Shown one piece after another: positions 53,323-64,000 of a DNA stretch of 64,000 nt; position 1 is the stretch's first letter; every line of letters starts with the position of its first letter. Position numbers and translations under genes: made by a program. Under the pieces are notes generated by a model. The model did not search any database. It was not told the origin of the DNA and saw nothing but the letters and a program-made list of their open reading frames with translations. This DNA is from Eledone cirrhosa (taxonomy: Eukaryota), in NCBI GenBank assembly GCA_964016885.1, contig OZ024743.1:346208001-346272000 (forward strand). The letters run 5' to 3'.

Positions 53323-54130
53323 TTGGATTGGCAGTATCGGTAGAGGGTCGGATACCATGCTTTGCAGCAAAGAGTTACGGCCCTTTATGGTCTGAGTTCA
53401 AATCCCGCCGAGGTTAACTTTGCCTTTCATCCTTACAGGGTCGATAAAATAAAGTACTAGTAATACATTGATTTAATTGCTGGCCTTGTGCCAAAAGTAG
53501 AAACAATTATTAATTAATATTAATTGGAGGTGGATTGGCAGTGTCGGTAGAGGGTCGGACGCCATGCTTTGGCGCATAGAGTTACGGCCCTTGCCATTCT
53601 GAGTTCAAATCCCGCCGATGTTAACTTTGCCTTTCATCCTTACGGGGCTCGATAAGAAAAAGTACCAGTAATACACTGATAATTGCTGGCCTTGTGTAGA
53701 AATAATTATTAATTAATTGTTTCTACTTTTGGTATAAGGCCAGCAATTATCCCAGTGTATTACTAGTACTTTATTTTATCGACCCCGTAAGGATGAAAGG
53801 CAAAGTTAACCTTGGCGGGATTTGAATTCAGACCATAAAGGGCTGTAACTCTTTGCTGCAAAGCATGGCGTCCGACCCTCTACGGATACTGTCAATCCAC
53901 CGCCCAATTATTATTTAATATTAGTTTTTGATTTAGGCACAAGGCAAAAAATATTCGCGGAAGGTAAAGTCGATTAAATCGACCCAGTGCTTTACTGGTA
54001 CTCCATTTTATTGATCACATAAGGTGGAAAGGGAAAGCAAACCTCGGCGGGATTTGAACTCAGGCGGTAAAGGGCCTTAACTATATGCCATAGAACGTGT
54101 TGTTCAACATTGTACCGATGCTGCCAATCT
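53323..54130. mobile_element. Cluster of four Nin-type SINEs (+,+,-,-)
   Basis: Copies at about 53323-53512 (+), 53527-53708 (+), 53715-53905 (-) and 53922-54130 (-, diverged subfamily). Confidence 0.88.
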
Positions 54131-55160
54131 ATGGTTTATACTGTTGTTTAGCTATGAACTAAGTCAAAACTACAGTGGTGCTGCCATGACCATTCCATCT
54201 TTATTGCAGATATTATGATTCTAGGATTATATGCAATATCTACTTCCTTTTATATCAGTATATATGATTGGCGGAAGATTTAGCTGATAAATACAGCAAG
54301 GAAAGTGATCATATGGCGATTCCTTGTTGATTTGGTACTCTTGTTGTTAAAGTCATAAAGTTTTACTGTTGTTGCTGCTTAGCTCGATGTCCTCGATTTT
54401 CAAACGGATTTCAGCAATGAACATACGGTCATTCTTCAGATATAGTGTAATATGAAGTAAATTATGCTACATGATATTTTGTAGACGGAAATGGGGATTT
54501 CCTAATGATATGACTGCTATTTATAATCGAAAAATTTACAGTGTGTACTCTTTTCAGTTGGTGGATCGTTTTGTTTTTATGTTAGATCTTGCATAGCAAT
54601 GGAATGGTCGTTATTTTATATGTTGTTAATGAGGTACTGAAGAAAAAATGTTGTCTTCATGAAGGCCTTGTTATAGTTTGTCTTGTTGGAATTAGCTATT
54701 GTGTGGCAGTTCAAGATGTGGAGATGATAATAACGCTGGAGTTTTCGGTGAGATAGTGGAAAACAAAATTGGTAACCATGCTGAAGTTGTGGTAAGTTAC
54801 TGTAAAACAGAGATATTAGCCATACTGAAATTTTTCGTTAGCTATTCGTTGGTATTCATGTTTGTGTTTCTGGAGAGGCACTGGAGAACTGAAAAATAGA
54901 AGGAATAATAAAACGCAAAAGATAAAAATACACAAGTGACCCATGCCCCCTTATGTTAAAAATTAGTGGTTATTTGCTTTTCAATCACATTCTGTAAATA
55001 GATACAAATATTAAAATAAAAGTAAAAGAAGAAATCTAACAAAAAAGATCTTCCATAACAGGACATACATGTTTTTGCACCGAATGCCAGAAAATTTGTT
55101 CCACTTCACTCAAAATTTTAAAAGTGGTTTAACCTCCATGTATATCTCCACGAAGATAAG

Positions 55161-55251
<91 letters not shown>

Positions 55252-55303
55252 GAGTGAAAGAATAAGAGGAGAGGATAGACAAAGATAGACAGATAGATAA
55301 ATG

Positions 55304-55351
<48 letters not shown>

Positions 55352-56254
55352 GAGAGTGGGAAAGACACAGTGAAATAGCAGATATTTTGTTTATATCTGA
55401 CGGGGACTCATAAAACATTCACAAATCATGTATAGATAGCAAACATGATATAGATAGACCAGCAAAAAAACTAGAAATAAATATTAAAATCAAGGTGGTG
55501 GGGCTGAATTTGTTTTTGTATATATGTGTATGTATATATATACCTATATATATAAATATGTGTGTTTGTGTGAGTGTGTGTGTGTTTGTGTGTGTGTGTT
55601 TGTGTGTGTGTGCATGTGTGAGTATGTGTGTGTGTGTGTGTGTGTGTTTGCCTCTGTGTGTGTGCATATATATACACACACACAAACATATATATATATA
55701 TACACACTATTATTAGTGAGTGGCTAAGCGAAAATCTTCTATGAAGTAACGATTTTTCTCTCTTCCTCTTACTGGACCTTAAGAAAACACTGTCTAGGAG
55801 GATTATAACAGCATAAAAATACACCATAGACAAATATTATAATTTCTTAGTTGCTGATCTATAACCTCTTTGGTGTTCAGGTCTGATCAAGGTATCATAG
55901 CCCAGAAAATAAGATATGCTTAGAAAATATACCCTCAAATCAAATACTGAAAGAGGCATGGTGGTAGAAATAAAGAGAAGAGAAGGAAGGTGGGAAGGAT
56001 TAAGAAAGTGAATAATGAAAGAGAAAGAGTAGTGGTAATGTTGGTAGTAGTAGAGTTCGGGGCGTGGGCAGGAGGAAAGATCGTATTTCCTGGAAAGGAA
56101 ACAGTATTGATATCTTCGTTCGACTTTCACTCATCAACCAAATACAATTTTATCACTTTCTGAAATGAAAACTTTGCAGCTAATTGGGTTGGGAATTGTA
56201 TGAAAGTAAAGAAAATAACACGATATATACTATAGACTACTTATTTAAATGTCG

Positions 56255-57346
<1,092 letters not shown>

Positions 57347-57347
57347 C

Positions 57348-57388
<41 letters not shown>

Positions 57389-57446
57389 CGCGCGTGTGTG
57401 TGCGCGTGCGTGTGTGTGCGCGTGCGTGCGTGCGTGTGTGTGTGTG

Positions 57447-57550
<104 letters not shown>

Positions 57551-58341
57551 AAATAAGTATCCGGCCATAGGCTTATGGGGAATATTTTACTTGGTTAAGA
57601 TCAAGTGCTAATTCTTTGCAAATCTTGTCACTTGTGCCTTCTCACACATAGCTTAGCACATCAGAAATATGTCTTCCGTTATGTCTTGCATATCCACTGG
57701 TACAGTCCACCTGATCTGAAATAGAGAATTTCAGTGGCATGTCCATTTCTAGGAACAACCACAAATCAGAAGGAAACATGTTAAGAGATGAAGAAGCCTG
57801 GAGATTGTGCGAAATCCTTTTTTCAGACCAAGAAACCTTGGAGAAGCTATAACAAATGACGAGTTCATTGCCCAGAAGCAGTTGCCACTATGCGATGCCA
57901 GAAGATCCGATCTCGTCCTTTGGCAGGCATCTGAATCATGAAGACATCAGAGGACACCTTGGTAAAACTTTGTAACTCTTTGTCTTACTGGTGCATATTC
58001 GTGATGCTCAACGACTCGTTAATCGAAGATAACAGTGACAGTCACGAGATGTTTGGACCTTGGTAACGTTAAATACATCTATGGTGACTGAGATTTGGTT
58101 TACGAGTCACACCAAGTAACTCACGTCTCATTTCTAGGTTTGAAACACTTCAAGAACTCGTGTTTCTTGTGGGCAGTATCAGGCGAAATAGAAATGCGAC
58201 TAAATGTGATTAATTAATACAGTAACTCAAGCACTGACTGTTTGATTGATGCATGCTGGGAACTTACCAAAATCCACGCATGAGCGTGAATATAAACAGC
58301 TTCACTCAACACACCTTTCTCTTCCTAACATTATTACAACG

Positions 58342-58512
58342 TGGTAGAGGGTCGGACGCCATGCTTTCCAGCATAGTTACGTCCCTTTACGATCTGAGTT
58401 CAAATCCCGCCGAGGTTGACTTTGCCTTTCCTCCTTACGGGGTGGATAAAATAAAGTACCAGTAATGCACTGGGTAATTGCTGGCCTTGTGCCAAAAGTA
58501 GAAACAATTATT
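58342..58512 (+). mobile_element. Nin-type tRNA SINE, slightly 5'-truncated, with a probable TSD (attattacaacg)
   Basis: Matches the 10514 element. attattacaacg occurs at about 58330-58341 and 58507-58518. Confidence 0.85.
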
Positions 58513-59420
58513 ACAACGCATGGGAAATATAAATCAAGATACGTTTTCGACATACTTCATTTATACTTAGATATGCATGCACCTATGTTGTGTATATGAG
58601 TGTGCGTGAGTGTGACGCATATGCGAGCATTTATATTGTTGATAATGCCTCTATATCTATGAATAACTATATCTGAATGTTGTTGGCTTTGTTGCTTGGA
58701 CTAAATTCAAAGTTTTTTTCAGTCATGATCACCACATGGCATTTGTCTAAAATATATTTTCAAATGAATTTGAGCATTTAAAAAACGATTAGGTCTGATT
58801 TGCAGATATATAGCTGCTATTTCTAGCTAGTTAGATGACTACATAAATGCCCCACCAAAGGTTCGAATATCGCAATACTTGCTTTAAAATTTCCCCTGTG
58901 AGTGGAGTGGAACGTATTATCGAAAAGCATTCAGTGATACAATTTTAAGTAGAATATAGAAAGTGTGAGGAGCATGATAACTAAAAGAATCGTTAACACG
59001 CACACATACAGACAACAACGATGGGATGTATTGCGGTAATCTTAAAAGTGAACTGACGAAATGACTAGTGTCATTTTACAAACAATCCTGGGAATATGTA
59101 CTGATTGCCACTCACTAAGGTAAGTGGTTAGTCTGAGGTATGTGAATGTCAAGAGTTTTACCGGGATATATAAGTGCGGTAGTTAAATATGTTTAATGAA
59201 AAGTGAGCTACGGATTGGTAGTGTTACTAACTCCATTGCTCATACTCATAATCTTTCTCTTAGTCTCTCTTCTCTTCTTTTCCCTTAATCTTCTCTCTTG
59301 TGTTTTATGTTATATTTATTTCGCTAACTGTGGATACGTTCATATGTAGGATTGTGTGAATCAATATGTGTATGTGTGACACTAATGGTCATCTTCCATG
59401 TTGAGACAAAAGAATGTTAT

Positions 59421-59452
<32 letters not shown>

Positions 59453-59458
59453 GTATAT

Positions 59459-59762
<304 letters not shown>

Positions 59763-59784
59763 ATATATATATATATAAATATAA

Positions 59785-60092
59785 TTATGCATACGTACAT
59801 ACATATATGTATACAGACGTACAGTAGTATGTATATACATACATTCATGTACACATATATATATGTACGTATGGGTTTACCGAACATTTATTATAATGTT
59901 CGGTGTGTTTGTTGAACAATGGGAAACGATGGTTGCCGAACACTGTACGGCTTAATTCAGGCTGTTTATTTACAAACAAACCGAACATTATAATAAATGT
60001 TCGGTAAACCCATACGTACATATATATATATGTGTACATGTATGTATGTATATGCATACTAACGTCTGTATACATATATGTATGTACGTATA
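59785..60092. repeat. Inverted repeat (~125-bp arms) with nested ccgaacat..atgttcgg hairpins
   Basis: Arms at about 59790-59915 and 59970-60090 are reverse complementary. Confidence 0.75.
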
Positions 60093-60185
60093 CATACTTA
60101 TATTTAAGTATCAGCCGTACTAAGAGTGAGAAATGAAATTTCAATTTCATTTTTTCCATTTATATATATATATATAAATATATAC

Positions 60186-60383
60186 AGGAAAATGTTCAAG
60201 ACCCCGGCGGCAGAGCTCAAGCCGTTTCGACGACTATTTCTAGTCCAGAAATAGCCGTCGAAACGGCTTGAGCTCTGCCGTCGGGGTCTTGAGCATTTTC
60301 CTATTACCCACTCTTCTACCCAAAGTATTGAGTACTCTCGTGCGTTATGGTCCACCTGGTTCCTTACCACAATCCCTACGTTA
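60186..60383 (+). mobile_element. Family B fold-back element
   Basis: Same architecture and pivot as 46746-46941. Confidence 0.8.
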
Positions 60384-60476
60384 TATATATATATCCGGTA
60401 ATATCCGTAGTGGTAGAGCACTCAGTCCATGGGATGAGTTAGGTAGAAGTGGTTACACAACAGTTAGTTCACCATA

Positions 60477-60515
60477 CCGAGAACAATTGTTTCACCTTAG
60501 CGGATCCTCAGCTCG
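60477..60515 (-). ncRNA. Compact hammerhead ribozyme (family D)
   Basis: cgag-CTGAGGA-T-CC-gctaa-GG-T-GAAA-CAATTG-TT-ctcg. The element (60393-60515) starts at stem I. Confidence 0.72.
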
Positions 60516-61099
60516 TAATCATATATATATATATATATAAATACATAATCGGAGAAAGCTAATAGCGATATTCCGGCCAAATTCCAAATTCCAAATCACT
60601 CAACAAACATTAGGAAATACCTTAGTATATTCCTAATTAAACGTTCGGGGTGCTAACTAATTGTATTGTGTGGAAAATTGGCTGTATCATTTCATATGAG
60701 ATATATCAAATATATCTCTTCCCAGACGACTCGTGTCACTATAAGATTTCTACAAGTTGGGGGAAATTATACCAATTTATACCAATTTATATATATATAT
60801 AATATATGTCTTCAATTTTATCTTTTATCCCACATTCTATCTTCTGATTGAAGGACCGGTGGCTGAAATGCAAAGAGGCTATTCCTATCATATCAAGCGT
60901 TACTTCTTCATTGTACTGTGCTGTTTAATTGTTGTTCCCCTTTAATTTATGTATATATATATATATAATCGCAACTAACAGACTAATTTTATGCAGTCAA
61001 AATTATTAAGACAAAAAGCAGGCTTTGTTTACAAACGGCTAGCGAATTTGAAAATTAGGTAGTAACATGTGCTTACGCCGTATTTATCAGCATAAAGTT

Positions 61100-61153
<54 letters not shown>

Positions 61154-61158
<5 letters not shown>

Positions 61159-61240
61159 TTGACTTTGTTAGTTTCAGAAGATCCCGTTAAGGGTGAAAGC
61201 AGCGATTCTTTGCTTAAACTTTAATCTGTTATTTTAATAA
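61154..61240 (+). mobile_element. Isolated ~85-bp family E hammerhead cassette between two (TA)n tracts
   Basis: Nearly identical to about 45052-45140. Confidence 0.8.
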
Positions 61241-61248
61241 ATAAATAA

Positions 61249-61320
<72 letters not shown>

Positions 61321-61943
61321 TAAACGGAAACAACAAAGAAAAAGCACAGTACAATGAAGAAGTAACGCCTGATATGGTAGGAAAAGCGTCTTTGCATTTC
61401 AGCCACCGGTCCTTCATAAGAAGATAGAATGTGGAATAAAAGATAAAAATGAGAGATAGAGAAGAGGACGAAAAAGGAATTGGAGAAAAACTACGTGTAT
61501 ATTCAGTCAACCATTTCGTGGAAATACTGGTCAGTGGGTATCTTAGGTACCAGAAAGGGAGACACTATTATATATTTTGATTGGACATACAAAAACCAAA
61601 CTAAGAAAACAAATGAGAAACACACAAAAAGAACAAACAACCAACTAGTTACAAGTAAATAAACACATAAATAAACACACACGCACACACAAACACATAC
61701 CACACACAACAGAACAAATGAGACACCACAAAATAAAAACCTAGTCACTAAGGAGGTCACAGAAGCGTGACGAAAGAGCTTTGAGAATATAAAAAAAAAA
61801 CCTTCCGGTTACCGAACCAACCAACCAACCGGAAACTTATAATAAATTGAATAATAAAAAATCAACATGTGCGTGTGTTTTTATTTGCAGCCTGACCCTC
61901 TCAAAGTATAACAACACACACACATACACACACACACACGCAA

Positions 61944-62042
<99 letters not shown>

Positions 62043-63619
62043 CTCCTTATAATCGTTATCCGTCCCTCAATCAAAGCAGATCCGGGACTACAAATCAACA
62101 ACTTGTAGAGAAAAGAAATGATTAATAAAGGGATACATGTTGAGTTTAGGGAGACAAGTGGTAAACAAATGGTTTTGATATAGTATTTTGCATGAACGTA
62201 AAAAAGAATTTAGAAGCCAAGCGGAGAACATGGCGTGGTATTTGCGTGCAACACATAGTTCAATGTGTGCTCAACAGCACAATCTGGTGTCCGGTATTTC
62301 AGTGCTGGAGATAACTTTCACCTTTGAAACACCTTTTTCTGGATACGCTGAAATATATCATGGGCAATGCACTTCCATTCCTGATTAAGGAATACAAACA
62401 CTCATCAACATGATCATCACCGTCAGCTGCATTAGCTTCTTCTTCTTTCTTTCTTTCTTTCTTTCCTTTTTTCTGTTGCACCTCACCCTGCCTACTCATA
62501 CAAAATTCTTATACATTATCCGGGACTGGCAGCGGAGCAGAACAGAATTTCGCTGTTGTTTGCTCATATTACCAACGTAGCACTACACACACATACGTAC
62601 ATACACACACACACACGCTCACACACACACATACACACACACACACACACCACACACGCACACAGACATACACACAGACCTACACTTATTAACCAGGTAG
62701 CACTGACTGTCATTTTATGAACAGACTCGTCCAGAACACACACATAAACTCATAGATAGTTACTCAAACAACCAAGAATAACGCAGACAACAAACATACG
62801 CACCACATTCTCCTCTCTCCCCGCCTTGTCTTTCTCTAGTATATATTCCTTCTCTCTTTCTCTCCTCTCTTTCACCCTCTATCTCCCACCTTTCTGTCCA
62901 CCACCCTACACCCTGTATTTTTCAATTCTCAGTCTTCCCCCCTGTCCATCTCGTCTTTCTTCTCTTCTCAGTCTTCCCTCTCGTTCACCCTCTAACTCAT
63001 ACACATACATACAAACAACGAAACGGACAATCACCTATGGATGGTCTGACATATAGGTACACATGCACTAGGAAACATCTGTCGATGATGATAGAAGTAA
63101 AATATTTCTGAAATGTAGAATATATACTTATTTTAGAGAGAGTGGGAAGGAAAAAATGAGGGAATGCAGAGAGGTTTGGGTAGAGGAGATTAAAGAAAAA
63201 AAGAACAGCTTAAAGAAACCAGTAAAAAATTAGTAAGGGAGAGTATATAACGATAGAGAAGCAGTAGATAGTATTGGCATGAAACATCAAATATATACAG
63301 AGAGGAGATAGGGGGAGGGGGGTGGAGGGGGTGAATTGTGGATAGTTGTGTGAGAATAGTTCTGTAGGATATTCAGCTGAAATTGATGTAATGATATCGA
63401 AGAGAAGAAGGATACATAGTCAGACCGATATATATTATTCTTTATTTAGATAGATATATAGACGGGAGATATGTAATTTTGATAACCACCAACGAGCGGG
63501 AAATAATGAGTTGTTGAATACTCTTTCTTTTGCTCTAGATGAGGTGTGTGACTTTGGTTACAACCTTAAAAATTCATACTCAGTACCAAAGTTAAGTATA
63601 AATATTCGTTTAATGGCTA

Positions 63620-64000
63620 AGTGGGGCGACTTGTTACTCCGGAGTTTCAGCTGCACACTCACAGGATCTCTGATCAACAGGCTACGCCCTCTCTCAGGCA
63701 AGATTACTCCCAAGGACCCATCGGAGGAACTCCATTTCAATAGCTTGTATTCGTGATCCTATTCTTTCGGTCATTACCCAAGATTCATAACCATAGATAC
63801 GGGTTGGCACGAATACTGAATTGAAGATAGCGAGTTTGGCTTTTACACCTACCTTCCTTCTTCTGATTAACAAATGATGAAGCTATTGCTTAAATGGAAA
63901 AGCTATTGCAATCCTTGCATTTAATTCCGTCTACCACCTTCCATCACTCGAAATACTTGAATTTTTCACATTCTTCCACACGCATGTAGAGTACACTGCA
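63620..64000 (-). mobile_element. Decayed RTE (Expander/Rex3-like) LINE RT fragment
   Basis: IFNSVFVPTRIYGYESWVMTERIGSRIQAIEMEFLR, FKYF, KIELN. Confidence 0.7.

Overview
Very AT-rich, microsatellite-saturated eukaryotic DNA. It is most likely from an octopus or another coleoid cephalopod, inferred from the (TA)n/(CA)n/(CATA)n density and a Nin-domain tRNA-SINE family. Almost all listed ORFs are microsatellite artefacts, and no intact host gene can be recognised; there are only a few candidate exons and two YY1-like motifs. The window is a nest of mobile elements. It holds one near-complete Penelope-like element (PLE; RT + C-terminal GIY-YIG, 42.4-45.2 kb) and several decayed ones, RTE-type LINE fragments, a hAT transposon with an 8-bp TSD inserted in an RTE LINE, an R4/Dong-like RLE element, an internally deleted mariner, a Helitron 3' end, a hAT MITE and about 10 SINEs. 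The most striking signal is a dense set of type I hammerhead ribozyme motifs (about 15-20, from at least 7 sequence families), folded by eye. They sit in PLE 3' ends and in short 100-400 bp derivatives that are inserted into (TA)n tracts, usually as fold-back palindromes. Several carry recurrent non-canonical cores (CAGAAGA; U.U at the base of stem II), a shared downstream GAGYRC motif, and inversion points that coincide with ribozyme helices. All structures and family assignments were made by eye and need computational confirmation.
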